Shown: in pieces, positions 19,956-29,799 of the stretch
Layout: every line of letters starts with the position of its first letter
How positions within the stretch are numbered: position 1 is the first letter of the stretch
DNA from: Methanobacteriota archaeon
GTDB lineage: Archaea; Halobacteriota; Methanosarcinia; Methanosarcinales; Methanogasteraceae
Length of the DNA: 64,000 nucleotides
Direction: 5' to 3'
Assembly (NCBI GenBank): GCA_048634345.1
Contig: JAIWAP010000001.1
Coordinates: 48-64,047 of the forward strand
Translations under genes and position numbers: made by a program
Notes under the pieces: model-generated
The model's input: only the letters and a program-made list of their open reading frames with translations
What the model was told of the DNA's origin: nothing
Databases searched by the model: none

Positions 19956-20855
19956 ATGGGCGACGTGGCTATCAGTGTGAAAGGTGTGTGCAAATACTAC
20001 GATGACTTCTTAGCGGTGGCGGGCATCGATCTCGAGATCCATGAGGGCGAGATATTCGGAATCGTCGGACCAAACGGCGCAGGAAAGACCACGCTCCTCA
20101 AGATGATCAGCGGGCTTGTTTCACAGAGCAGCGGGGAAATAAACATTCTTGGATACGATTTTGCGACAAACGAAGTTGAAATCAAGAAAAGGATCGGATT
20201 TCTCCCGGAAGACTCTCCCCTCTATGAGAACATGCGTGTCATGGATTATCTGATCTTCTTTTCCGAGATATTCGATGTAAAGAAGGATACCGCAACCAGC
20301 CGCATCCGGGAATTGTTGGCTGCGCTTGATCTCCATCCGAACAGGAAAAAGATCGGTGAGCTCTCGAAAGGGATGAAAAGAAAGGTCGCCATCGCCAGAT
20401 CCCTGATTAATGACCCTGAACTTCTCATCTATGATGAGCCGACCTCAGGACTTGACCCGATGACCTCAAAGTACATCGTGGACTTTATCAGGGAACTAAA
20501 AGGGCAGGGAAAAACGATTGTGTTCAGTGCACATAACTTATATCAGGTTGAATCGATTTGTGACCGGATATTAATCATGAACAACGGAAAAAAGATCGTA
20601 AATGACTTTACCAGAGATATCATCCGCAGATACGGGCGCACTGAGTATCAGATCGAGTTCAGGATCAATGACGCCAGTGGGCTTCATTTTGAGGGGCTGG
20701 AGCGGTGCGATGAGCATTATCTAGTCAGAACATCAAGTATCGACGATATCAACCGCATCACAAGAAAGATCATCGAGAATGACGGGGATATCGTTGAGGT
20801 ACGGACGCCTGAGACTCCGCTCGAAGAAATTTTCCTTGAACTGGTAGGGGACTAA
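19956..20855 (+). CDS. ABC transporter ATP-binding protein
   Basis: Walker A GPNGAGKTT, signature LSKGMKRKV, Walker B LLIYDEPTSGLD. Confidence 0.9.
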   Translation: MGDVAISVKGVCKYYDDFLAVAGIDLEIHEGEIFGIVGPNGAGKTTLLKMISGLVSQSSGEINILGYDFATNEVEIKKRIGFLPEDSPLYENMRVMDYLIFFSEIFDVKKDTATSRIRELLAALDLHPNRKKIGELSKGMKRKVAIARSLINDPELLIYDEPTSGLDPMTSKYIVDFIRELKGQGKTIVFSAHNLYQVESICDRILIMNNGKKIVNDFTRDIIRRYGRTEYQIEFRINDASGLHFEGLERCDEHYLVRTSSIDDINRITRKIIENDGDIVEVRTPETPLEEIFLELVGD

Positions 20856-20920
20856 AGGCGGCGGCAAAGCCCCTGAAACCGCATCTTAATTAAGAGATCA
20901 GTGACAAAGGTTGAGGCAAC

Positions 20921-22804
20921 ATGCCGCAGACACCACCCATCGCAGAAAAACTCGCAGAAAGCCAGAAATCGATCAGCATAGCAGAGTTCTTTGAAAAAAA
21001 CAAGCAGATGCTCGGGTTTGATTCGCTGCAGCGGTCACTGATCACCACGATCAAGGAAGCGGTGGATAATGCGCTTGATGCGTGTGAGGAAGCAGAAATC
21101 CTCCCTGATCTCTTCATCGAGATAAAACAATCCCCGTCTGGCTCAAGCTCGAACCTTGTTGTGATCGTCGAGGACAACGGTCCGGGCATTGTCAGGGACC
21201 AGATTCCGAAAGTCTTTGCAAAATTGCTGTATGGCTCCCGCTTTCACACCATCAAACAATCCAGAGGGCAGCAAGGTATCGGGATCAGCGCTTCGGTGTT
21301 GTACGGGCAGCTCAGTACCGGAAAACCGGCAAAAATCATCTCGAAGATCGATCCCGGCGAGCCAGCGCATTACTGCGAGTTGATCATCAATACAAGCAGA
21401 AATGATCCGGAGATTCTTGAAGAAAGGATCGTTGACTGGGATCCCCCGCACGGCACAAGAATCGAACTCGAACTCGCCGGGGCTTATGTAAAAGGAAGGC
21501 GCCAGTCTGTGCTCGAATACCTGCGAAACACCGCAATCGTGAACCCGCACGCAAGAATCACGCTGGTAGATCCTGATGGTGAGTATACCACATTCAACAG
21601 AGCGACCGATCTGCTCCCGGAGCAACCAAAGGAGATCAAACCTCATCCAGCCGGTATAGAACTTGGCACGCTTGCAAAGATGCTGAGATATACCGACAAA
21701 CATCGATTGTCTGCGTTTTTGAAGGATTCCTTCTCAAGGATCGGAGCAGTGACTGCCGAAGAGATATGTACGCACGCAAAACTGAAGCCCGCAGCCGATC
21801 CGAGAAAACTCACGCATGATGATGTTGAACGGCTGCTTAAGGCATTTAGAGCCGTAAAGATCGGATCTCCTCCAACCGATTGCCTATCTCCGATTTCGGA
21901 GGATCTTATTCACAAGGGAGTTGAAAAAGAATACACCATCGACTTTATATCGACGGTAAAACGATCGCCTGCCGTGTACGCGGGAAGTCCGTTCCTTATC
22001 GAGGTTGCAATCGCTTATGGTGGCGATCTTCCTGCTGACGGCAAGGTAGAGATCCTCAGGTTCGCAAACCGGGTGCCTCTTCTGTACCAGCAGGGCGCAT
22101 GTGCGATCACGCACGCCATCGAGCGCGTAAACTGGAAATATTACGGATTGTCGCAACCGGGTGGGTTCCCTGCCGGACCGTGTACGATTCTGGTGCATGT
22201 TGCGTCAACCAACGTGCCATTCACATCCGAATCGAAGAATGCGATCGCTGACGTCCCTGAAATTCTGGATGAGGTCGAAAACGGGGTGCGGGCGGTCGCG
22301 AGCAAGATGCGGAAGTATCTTGGAAGGCGGGACACACTTTCAAAGCGCAAAGAGAAGGAGAATCTCATTCGGAGAGTGATTCCAAGGCTTGCAATCAAAG
22401 TTTCCGATATCCTTGACAGGGAGCCACCCAATATCAATCCTGTCGTTGCAAAGATCATGGGAAATCTCCTTGTGTACCGTTTGATCAGAAGGACCGAGGA
22501 TGGATTTGATGTCGAGATACGGATCAAGAATCATACAGGGACTGCACATTCGTTTAAACTGCATGATTTTATTCCCTATGAGATCGAAAGCGCAAAACCG
22601 TTACCACACAAGGCGGCAGTCGGGGACCGGTTCGATTATCTCTGGGAAGTGTCTCTCCGCTCAGGAGAGGGCGTGTATCTACGATATACCATCAATGGTG
22701 GCGATAGTAACAATAACAGCGACGAAGAGAATATCACACTTCCGGAACCCGTGGTTGAGGGCGTGTCTGCCGAACTGGTCACCGGCGCCAGGGCGATTGC
22801 GTAG
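20921..22804 (+). CDS. top6B: DNA topoisomerase VI subunit B
   Basis: 627 aa. Bergerat ATP-binding fold motifs ([24 protein letters not shown]) and a transducer domain. Confidence 0.95.
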   Translation: MPQTPPIAEKLAESQKSISIAEFFEKNKQMLGFDSLQRSLITTIKEAVDNALDACEEAEILPDLFIEIKQSPSGSSSNLVVIVEDNGPGIVRDQIPKVFAKLLYGSRFHTIKQSRGQQGIGISASVLYGQLSTGKPAKIISKIDPGEPAHYCELIINTSRNDPEILEERIVDWDPPHGTRIELELAGAYVKGRRQSVLEYLRNTAIVNPHARITLVDPDGEYTTFNRATDLLPEQPKEIKPHPAGIELGTLAKMLRYTDKHRLSAFLKDSFSRIGAVTAEEICTHAKLKPAADPRKLTHDDVERLLKAFRAVKIGSPPTDCLSPISEDLIHKGVEKEYTIDFISTVKRSPAVYAGSPFLIEVAIAYGGDLPADGKVEILRFANRVPLLYQQGACAITHAIERVNWKYYGLSQPGGFPAGPCTILVHVASTNVPFTSESKNAIADVPEILDEVENGVRAVASKMRKYLGRRDTLSKRKEKENLIRRVIPRLAIKVSDILDREPPNINPVVAKIMGNLLVYRLIRRTEDGFDVEIRIKNHTGTAHSFKLHDFIPYEIESAKPLPHKAAVGDRFDYLWEVSLRSGEGVYLRYTINGGDSNNNSDEENITLPEPVVEGVSAELVTGARAIA

Positions 22805-22934
22805 GTTGGCAGCCTCTGTTTTGTCCGGGCGGCACAGTACGCGATTGCTCAGGCTCAGGTGTCTGACCAAACCGCCCGCCAGCGCGCCACCACATAAGTA
22901 CGGGGCGCTTCACCGCACCCATCACCCCAGCACA

Positions 22935-23702
22935 TCACCCAGGTGCGCCCGCAAACCTGATCAGCGCTTCCGCCTCCATCTGGTGCAGAGTCGCAGGGAC
23001 GATCAGCACATGCATGGGCGCACCAAAATCGGATGCGGCAAGGCGTATGAGGCGGTCACACTTCACCATGACATCAGGAGATCCTGCCCGCGCAATTCCG
23101 ACGCCAAGCGCATCCTCGAGAGCCTTCGACTCATCGACTCGCATCAACAACCGGGCAGCGTATGGAATCGTCATGAAGCCCTGTTCCGGATCGATATCAA
23201 GGAATAACAATGTGTGAAGATCGTTATCGCGGTTTTGCAGGATGACATTGTACGGCGTCTCCGAAATTACGGTCTTCGACCTGCTATGATATGGAAAAGG
23301 GATGGTTGCCGATTTTCCAAACCGGTAGTTTTGCAAGCCCGTAAGACCCGCTACCGCAGATGCAATCGATGAACCATGTACAATCGCGGTCTTAATTCCG
23401 AGATCGGATGCGCGCAGACGGAGATCGACGTGCGTTGTCGATACCATCGGATCTCCACCGGTAAGGAGCACCACATCCTCCTTGATCGCATGGTGCAGCC
23501 ACGCCGGGTCTACCTCGATCTCGTTTCGCGAAAGCACTGTTACCTTCTTTTGGTAGAGCGATTCCATGCGTTCGATGGTTGTTCCCATCATTTTCGAGGT
23601 GTAAAACTCAGCAAAGACCATATCCGCGTCTCTTATTGCCCTGACGCCTTTTAACGTAACATCCTCTTCATCGTAGAGTCCAAGACCGACAAACGTGAGC
23701 AT
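22935..23702 (-). CDS. dph5: Diphthine synthase
   Basis: 255 aa. MLTFVGLGLYDEEDVTLKGVRAIRDADMVFAEFYTS is the classic Dph5/tetrapyrrole-methylase-fold N-terminus. Confidence 0.9.
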   Translation of the reverse strand: MLTFVGLGLYDEEDVTLKGVRAIRDADMVFAEFYTSKMMGTTIERMESLYQKKVTVLSRNEIEVDPAWLHHAIKEDVVLLTGGDPMVSTTHVDLRLRASDLGIKTAIVHGSSIASAVAGLTGLQNYRFGKSATIPFPYHSRSKTVISETPYNVILQNRDNDLHTLLFLDIDPEQGFMTIPYAARLLMRVDESKALEDALGVGIARAGSPDVMVKCDRLIRLAASDFGAPMHVLIVPATLHQMEAEALIRFAGAPG

Positions 23703-23754
23703 GAGGTTGATTCTGGCATCAGTTTATTTAAGGTACACCACAAAAGCCGGAATT

Positions 23755-24246
23755 ATGGAGATCCACATCAGATCAAGACACTACCTGCGAAGCAACAATG
23801 TGAAGAAAATCTTAAAAGAACTTGAAAAGATGTTCGATCCGTTGGACATCGATGCAGCGTTCAAAGGAAAACGATTTGAACTGCTCAAAACAGGTCCTTA
23901 TGACATCATACTGGTCGATGATGAACCGATGATCTTCATGCCGGATGGTGAACCGTTTCTCACCGTGAAAGGCGCGCTTTCGACCAAACCGAAGCGGCGG
24001 GTCGTTATGGTGGACGCTGGCGCCACCAAATTCGTGGTAAACGGCGCTGATGTGATGCGCCCGGGGATCGTACAGGCGGATCCTGATATCGAGGCTGGCG
24101 ATCTCGTGATCGTTGTCGAGGAGTTGCACAAAAAAGCGCTTGCAATCGGACGTGCGCTCGTTTCAGGAGATGACATGCCCGGCGAATCAGGCAAGGCGGT
24201 CAAGTCCATCCACTATGTCGGGGATACACTGTGGAATATCGTGTGA
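23755..24246 (+). CDS. PUA-domain RNA-binding protein (Tma20/MCT-1-like)
   Basis: C-terminal PUA signature (VVNGADVMRPGIV...GDLVIVVEE..KKALAIGRALVSG). Start set at MEIHIRSRH (23755). Confidence 0.7.
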   Translation: MEIHIRSRHYLRSNNVKKILKELEKMFDPLDIDAAFKGKRFELLKTGPYDIILVDDEPMIFMPDGEPFLTVKGALSTKPKRRVVMVDAGATKFVVNGADVMRPGIVQADPDIEAGDLVIVVEELHKKALAIGRALVSGDDMPGESGKAVKSIHYVGDTLWNIV

Positions 24247-24547
24247 TGTTATGATTTCCAAAAAGTTTATTAACGAGTAAGAATTATGTATAGATGACAC
24301 GCACCGTGTCACATAGTCAAAGGTGAGTAAATGCCTCCATTTGCCTTTGATATTTGAATCGCGATGGGGTGAAAGGTTCCTCCTCAAACACCCCTCTCGC
24401 GTGTGGGCTGGTGGGAGGGGCGTGGGGTTTATTATTATCATGTAGCGGTCCCTGCGCTACCCGCGTGCATGACGGCAGTCATTCCAAAACGTAAAACGCG
24501 GGGCAGACTACCAAAAAACGATTGGCTCACTCTTAGCGGTTCCCGGA

Positions 24548-25183
24548 TCACGACTTTACAGCCGCGCAGATCTCATCTGCTATCTGCTCAATGCTGCCAC
24601 TTCCATCGACTGTCACAAGCGTTCCCATATTTCCGTAATAATCGATCAGGGGCTGCGTCTGTTTTTTATACACAGAAAGGCGATTTTTAATCGATTCTTC
24701 CCGATCATCGTCGCGGTGATACAGTCTCTTGCCACACCGGTCGCATACGCCCTCGTTTTCCGGCGGGTTGAATATCAGGTGGTATGTTGCCCCGCATTCA
24801 CATACACGCCGCGCTGACAGGCGAGTGATCAACTCGGCGTCCGGCACCTCGATATTGAGCACGATATCCAGTCCCCGGTCAAGCCCCCTAAGTATGTCTG
24901 CAAGCGCATCAGCCTGCGGAATCGTTCGCGGGTAGCCGTCAAGGATGAAAGCCCTGGCACAGTCCGCTTGGGAGAGCCTATCCCGGATTATCTCGATCAG
25001 CACCGAATCAGGGACGAGTTCGCCCCTGTTCATGTATTCTGCGGCGCGGTTTCCAAGTTCCGTGCCTACCGATCTCCGCAGGATGTCGCCGGTAGAGATG
25101 TGGGGGGCGTTAAGTTTTCCAGACAGCAGTGCTGCCTGCGTTCCTTTTCCGGAACCTGGAGGTCCGAGGAGTATGATGTTCAT
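24548..25183 (-). CDS. adk: Adenylate kinase
   Basis: MNIILLGPPGSGKGTQA P-loop. LID with a Cys4 zinc knuckle (CECG...CDRCG). Confidence 0.95.
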   Translation of the reverse strand: MNIILLGPPGSGKGTQAALLSGKLNAPHISTGDILRRSVGTELGNRAAEYMNRGELVPDSVLIEIIRDRLSQADCARAFILDGYPRTIPQADALADILRGLDRGLDIVLNIEVPDAELITRLSARRVCECGATYHLIFNPPENEGVCDRCGKRLYHRDDDREESIKNRLSVYKKQTQPLIDYYGNMGTLVTVDGSGSIEQIADEICAAVKS

Positions 25184-25195
25184 CAGACCCTCGTC

Positions 25196-26671
25196 TCATG
25201 TCCCGCCGAAGAACGAGCGCATCATCGGGTGCATCTCCATCAACTGCTCTGATGCAAGATCCTCGTACAGTCGGTACACGATGCTCACGGTCAGCAGAAG
25301 CCCTGTGCCGCCAGCCTGACCGACCGTCCCGAGCAGCGATGCAAAGAGCGTGAGCGCGCCGATAAACGCCCCACCAATGATCGTGACCTTCGGGATATAC
25401 CGCTCCATGACTCGCTCGATGCTCTGCGGGCTCCGCCTGAACCCTGGAATCTGCATCCCGGACTTGTGTATATTCTGCGCGACGCTCTTTGCACCCATGC
25501 CTGTCGTCTCGATCCAGAAGAGAGCAAAGATGATGCCACCTCCGATCAGCATTCCTGCGTCACAGAAGACGCGGAGCGCGATCTGCCAGACATCGATCGT
25601 GATCCCCATACTTGCGTATTCTGTCACCACAAGCGAGGGGATCCAGTCGTATGGACTGTTAATCGGTGAAATATAGTACATTAAACCGCCAAGCGGCGTG
25701 GTTCCGGTGCTTCCACCAAACTCGCCGAGTATCGTGATTCCTTTGTTGGACAGGAGCATTCCGATCATCTGTATGTTTGCCTGTAGTGCCCTGACAAGAA
25801 TCATCGGAAGCACGCTTGCATAGATCAATTTCACCGGGAACCTGCCTCTTGCGCCGCGAACTGCGCTGTGAGCCAGTGGAATCTCGATTCGAGTACTCTC
25901 CGCAAACACAACGACCAAAAATATGGCAATGGTACTGACCAGTGCAAGGAGTCCTGTGACAAGCAGGATGTCAATGGTATTCGTTGGTAGCCATCCGACC
26001 TGAATCATAGATACCCATTTCGGAATCAGACCGACCGGCAGTGAACCCACCCCCGATTCCGGTATCCAGCTGAAGAGACCTGTGAAGATCTGCTGGGATA
26101 CGCCCGCGACGATGAAAAGTCCAACGCCGGACCCGATGCCCCACTTGGATATGACCTCGTCCATGAAGAGAATCAGCACGCCGCCGATACATATCTGGAT
26201 GAGTAGGAGAAGCATGATGGTACCAAGGCTGACACCAAACGCACTGGCAACCTCGGTAGACGGCTCGATATATCCGCCCATTACCTGCGGAAGCGCCGTG
26301 AACAGGATCATTGCAAAGACCAGCATCTTTTGCGCGCCCTGGAAGATCGACTGATCACGAGGATCGGACATATCAAGATTGATGACCTTCGCACCGACCA
26401 GCAGTTGCAGAATGATCGATCCGGTAACGATCGGACCGATACCAAGCAACATCAGTGTTCCACCCTGTCCTGCAAGGAAGGCACGATACATCGCAAACAG
26501 GTCGGTAGACTCAGGTGACATGCCAAAGAGAGGTACGTTCGAAAGCGCGAGATACAGTATAAGGACGCCAATAGTCCACAGGAGCTTCTTCTTGAGGTGT
26601 ACATGCCCCTCCGGACTTGCAACGGCTGGAAGTCTGGCAAGAATCGGCTCAACCGCTTCTTTAAAACTCAT
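25196..26671 (-). CDS. secY: Preprotein translocase subunit SecY
   Basis: 10-TM protein with SecY blocks (LGIGPIVTGSIILQLL, GTLLL...). Start set at MSFKEAVEP. It sits between rpl15 and adk as in archaeal spc-type operons. Confidence 0.95.
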   Translation of the reverse strand: MSFKEAVEPILARLPAVASPEGHVHLKKKLLWTIGVLILYLALSNVPLFGMSPESTDLFAMYRAFLAGQGGTLMLLGIGPIVTGSIILQLLVGAKVINLDMSDPRDQSIFQGAQKMLVFAMILFTALPQVMGGYIEPSTEVASAFGVSLGTIMLLLLIQICIGGVLILFMDEVISKWGIGSGVGLFIVAGVSQQIFTGLFSWIPESGVGSLPVGLIPKWVSMIQVGWLPTNTIDILLVTGLLALVSTIAIFLVVVFAESTRIEIPLAHSAVRGARGRFPVKLIYASVLPMILVRALQANIQMIGMLLSNKGITILGEFGGSTGTTPLGGLMYYISPINSPYDWIPSLVVTEYASMGITIDVWQIALRVFCDAGMLIGGGIIFALFWIETTGMGAKSVAQNIHKSGMQIPGFRRSPQSIERVMERYIPKVTIIGGAFIGALTLFASLLGTVGQAGGTGLLLTVSIVYRLYEDLASEQLMEMHPMMRSFFGGT

Positions 26672-26690
26672 TAAAACACCATCTGCATGA

Positions 26691-27116
26691 TCATTCAGAA
26701 GGTATGACTGCTGTACCGCCTGCGTTCTCAATCTTTGTGATCGCAGTGGCGGAAAACGCCGGTGCAGTGATCGTCATGGACTGATTCACCCTGCCAGTAC
26801 CAAGGATCTTGTTGATGCCAAGTCTGCCGGCATCGATGTGTACCACACTATCCTTCTGCTCGGCTGCCCCCGTGCGCAGCAATTCAGGCACCATGCCATC
26901 GAGTTCACCTATATTAACGGCGTTCATACCGGAAATAACTTTTTGCGGTCGTGTGAACCCGTGTTTTCCATAAGCATACCCACGCAGAAACGCCCGTACG
27001 GCATGATGTTTGCATGCGCCGCATTTACCGCGTCCTCCGCGATTACCTGCACCCCGTCTGTTCTTATGCGTACCTCCGCCACAGGTGCGCGATCCTCGAA
27101 ATTTCTTTGCGTTCAT
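26691..27116 (-). CDS. rpl15: 50S ribosomal protein uL15
   Basis: [30 protein letters not shown] is a typical uL15 N-terminus. Confidence 0.9.
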   Translation of the reverse strand: MNAKKFRGSRTCGGGTHKNRRGAGNRGGRGKCGACKHHAVRAFLRGYAYGKHGFTRPQKVISGMNAVNIGELDGMVPELLRTGAAEQKDSVVHIDAGRLGINKILGTGRVNQSMTITAPAFSATAITKIENAGGTAVIPSE

Positions 27117-27317
27117 CCGTATGTAGCCTCTATGATTTTTTTAGATTTCGCATTTTGCAATTGCTCATGTTCATAACGGATTCCTACGGATATAAAGGTT
27201 ATTATACCAGTTGATCAGCGATTGACCATGCATGGTACGATCATGCACGACACAGCGGAAAAACAAGCATACCTTAAATATAAAGAGATATAAGTAGTAG
27301 ACACCAACATCGGAGGG

Positions 27318-27575
27318 ATGGAAATGGCAAGAATATTCGCAAAAAATCTGTCGAAGAAAAATGTCATGAGCAGCGATGGGTCTGTGATCGGGGTGCTGTA
27401 CAACATTGTGATGGATGTCCGAACCGGGAAATTGGTCAATCTTGTGGTGAAACCTGATATGTCAGTGGACAAAGCCAGGTACCAGATGGAAGGAAATTAC
27501 ATATTGATCGGCTTTAGCGCTGTTCGTGCAGTCAGGGATTTCATTGTTGTTGACAAGAAAGAAGCGATGGCATAA
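27318..27575 (+). CDS. PRC-barrel domain protein
   Basis: 85 aa. KNVMSSDGSVIGVLYNIVMDVRTGKLVNLVV fits the PRC-barrel pattern. Confidence 0.75.
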   Translation: MEMARIFAKNLSKKNVMSSDGSVIGVLYNIVMDVRTGKLVNLVVKPDMSVDKARYQMEGNYILIGFSAVRAVRDFIVVDKKEAMA

Positions 27576-27595
27576 CGCCGGTATAACGCTACTAA

Positions 27596-28438
27596 ATGTC
27601 TGCAAATACACAGTATTCGTATGTATCTCCTGAAGAGTCGTATGCAGAGACTCTACGGACAGTTAAAAAACTGATGCTGATAACTTATGCGGTTCTTACG
27701 GCATCGTTCGTCATACTCGGCATCATTGCCGTTTTGCTGGTCTTCAGATTGTATAGCGAGGGCGTGTTCATCGTCTGCAATTTTATCGACTCCATGAGCT
27801 GGTGGATCGCGGTGCTGATATTCGCACCGATCACAGGATATGCGGTGACTTATGCAGTCGCCCCCCGCATTATACAGAAGGCGCTGTATGCCGATATCCA
27901 GCTTCGAGAGGAGTCGCTTGGTGTGCGCAACCAGATGATGCTGCTCGAAGAGCACGTCGATACGCTTGTCTCGGTCGTGGACAAAATTCATGTTGCGGCT
28001 GACGAGTGCAATGAATCTGCGCGCGAGTGCAGCGTCTCTGCAAACGAGAGCAGAACAGCGACCGGCAGGCTGGAGGATGAGATTCGCGGGCTTAAGAAGG
28101 CGACTGGTAGGGCGTATGAGGTCGTCGGATTGTTCGATGAAGCTATCGACCTGTTCAGCAAGAAAACCGCAGAGTTGAACGATGATATGGAGTCGCTTGA
28201 GAAAACTCTCGATGATCTGGCAAATAACCGGGCACAGGTGCTCGAAGAGTCGCTGCAACCGATGAAGAACAGTCTCCTTGCGTTAAGAAAGGAGAACGTG
28301 CAGATGCACAGAGCCTCGGTTGAACGGATCAAATCGATAGAAGATGCGGACGAGGACCTGCACGAGTTCCTGCTCGAAATGATACGCGGTGTCTCGTCAG
28401 CTTATCGCAGCCACGAGGACAAGAAGCGGGTGAGTTGA
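27596..28438 (+). CDS. Hypothetical membrane protein with long cytoplasmic coiled coil
   Basis: Two or three N-terminal TM helices followed by ~180 aa of heptad-like E/L/R-rich sequence. No family recognised. Confidence 0.5.
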   Translation: MSANTQYSYVSPEESYAETLRTVKKLMLITYAVLTASFVILGIIAVLLVFRLYSEGVFIVCNFIDSMSWWIAVLIFAPITGYAVTYAVAPRIIQKALYADIQLREESLGVRNQMMLLEEHVDTLVSVVDKIHVAADECNESARECSVSANESRTATGRLEDEIRGLKKATGRAYEVVGLFDEAIDLFSKKTAELNDDMESLEKTLDDLANNRAQVLEESLQPMKNSLLALRKENVQMHRASVERIKSIEDADEDLHEFLLEMIRGVSSAYRSHEDKKRVS

Positions 28439-28516
28439 TCATTTTATGTAATGATCAGGTGGATGTGCAACAGCGCGAAGAACATGAAAACAAGGGGACA
28501 TGTCCCTGTGGCGGCA

Positions 28517-28557
28517 ATGTCCACATGTTCACGTTCAGATTAGCCATTACAATATAA
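28517..28557 (+). repeat. Dispersed intergenic repeat family 'C', partial copy C4
   Basis: TGTTCACGTTCAGATTAGCCATTACAATA aligns with the core of copies C1, C2 and C3 (GTTCAYGGTCAGATTRACCAYYACAAAA). Confidence 0.5.
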
Positions 28558-28644
28558 TAGAGAAGTTGGAACTGCCTATTTACGTAAAATGGGCAGAGTT
28601 ATGGCTCAAATTGTGGCGGTGTGAAGTATACCCCCAGTCACCAA

Positions 28645-29799
28645 CTATTGCTCGCAATCGGCAGATCCCCTGGTGAACTCGTATATCGAAGTCTGCCTCG
28701 TATCCGTCTTCCGGAGATTTGACAACCGTACCCCGATCAGCCGGATCTTCTTTTCCCCGATGAACTCACCCACGAGTTCCTTTGAGATGTTCTTGACCAG
28801 TTGCAGGTCAGAACCCGGGAACCCGATGCTCCTTGCCCGTGTGTGCGTATCAAAGTCCTCGAACCTGACTTTTACCGAGACTGTCCTGAACTTATGTCCG
28901 GTCTTGAGCAGGGCTCTATGCGTCCTATCGGCGAGCGCATCGATGGAACCATAAATAACCCCCTGATCAGCTGTGTCTTCATCAAATGTCAACTCCCTGC
29001 CTACGGATTTGACCGTGGGCGCTTCTTTCACCTCGCGTTTATCGATCCCATGAGCAAGATCATGCATCTGGTACCCCCACTTCCCGAAACTCGATACAAG
29101 TTTTTTGACATCATGCATACGGAGGTTGCGTATCGTCTCGATCCCCATGCCCTCAAGCGTTTTTCCAGTCTTTTTTCCGATTCCGGGAATTTTTGTAACC
29201 GGCATCGGGTCAAGGAACTCCTGCACCTCACCATGCGTAACAACGGTAAGCCCGTCCGGCTTCTCTACATCAGACGCAATCTTTGCCACGAGTTTATTCG
29301 GACCGATCCCGATGGAACACGTGAGTTTCTCCTTTTCGAGGACCTCTTCTTTGACGCTACGGGCGATCAGGGTCACGTCCGCAGAATCATCCGTTTTTAT
29401 CTCAAGAAATGCCTCGTCGATACTGACCTTCTGGAATTTATCCGCGTAAGCATAACTCCGGAGAATCTTCATGATCCGCCCTGAAACCGTCTGGTACAGA
29501 GCCATTGCAACCGGCAGAAACTTTGCATCCGGGCAGAGCCGGTACGCTTTTGATATCGGCATTCCCGAATGAATCCCGTACTCTCTGGCTTCGTAGGAAC
29601 ATGTGCTGACGACACCTCTCCCGGTTCCCTCTTTAGGGTCAGCACCAACCACCACGGAAAGCCCCACAAGTTCAGGATGCTCGACCATCTCGATTGATGA
29701 GAAGAAGCCATCCATATCCACAAGAAGAATCGTCCGGGTCCCGTAACTTGAGTCAGGTGGTTTATCAGTTCTCTTCGGAATCGCGCAGTTCCTCGCCAT
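28645..29799 (-). CDS. dbh: DNA polymerase IV (Y-family, Dbh/Dpo4-like)
   Basis: ILLVDMDGFFSSIE, SIDEAFLE and IGIGPNKLVAKIASD are Y-family polymerase motifs. Confidence 0.9.
   Translation of the reverse strand: MARNCAIPKRTDKPPDSSYGTRTILLVDMDGFFSSIEMVEHPELVGLSVVVGADPKEGTGRGVVSTCSYEAREYGIHSGMPISKAYRLCPDAKFLPVAMALYQTVSGRIMKILRSYAYADKFQKVSIDEAFLEIKTDDSADVTLIARSVKEEVLEKEKLTCSIGIGPNKLVAKIASDVEKPDGLTVVTHGEVQEFLDPMPVTKIPGIGKKTGKTLEGMGIETIRNLRMHDVKKLVSSFGKWGYQMHDLAHGIDKREVKEAPTVKSVGRELTFDEDTADQGVIYGSIDALADRTHRALLKTGHKFRTVSVKVRFEDFDTHTRARSIGFPGSDLQLVKNISKELVGEFIGEKKIRLIGVRLSNLRKTDTRQTSIYEFTRGSADCEQ

Noticed and set aside
22500-23207. 235-aa ORF on the plus strand spanning the top6B 3' end and the dph5 antisense strand.
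   Set aside because: It overlaps two strongly supported genes, has an Arg/Ser/Pro-rich composition and no family resemblance. It is a shadow ORF.
20921-27116. Synteny oddities: top6B has no adjacent top6A, and rpl15-secY-adk lacks the usual upstream rpl30/rps5 genes.
   Set aside because: The observation is real, but gene order varies among archaeal lineages and the partners may lie elsewhere in the genome. It cannot be evaluated from a single window.
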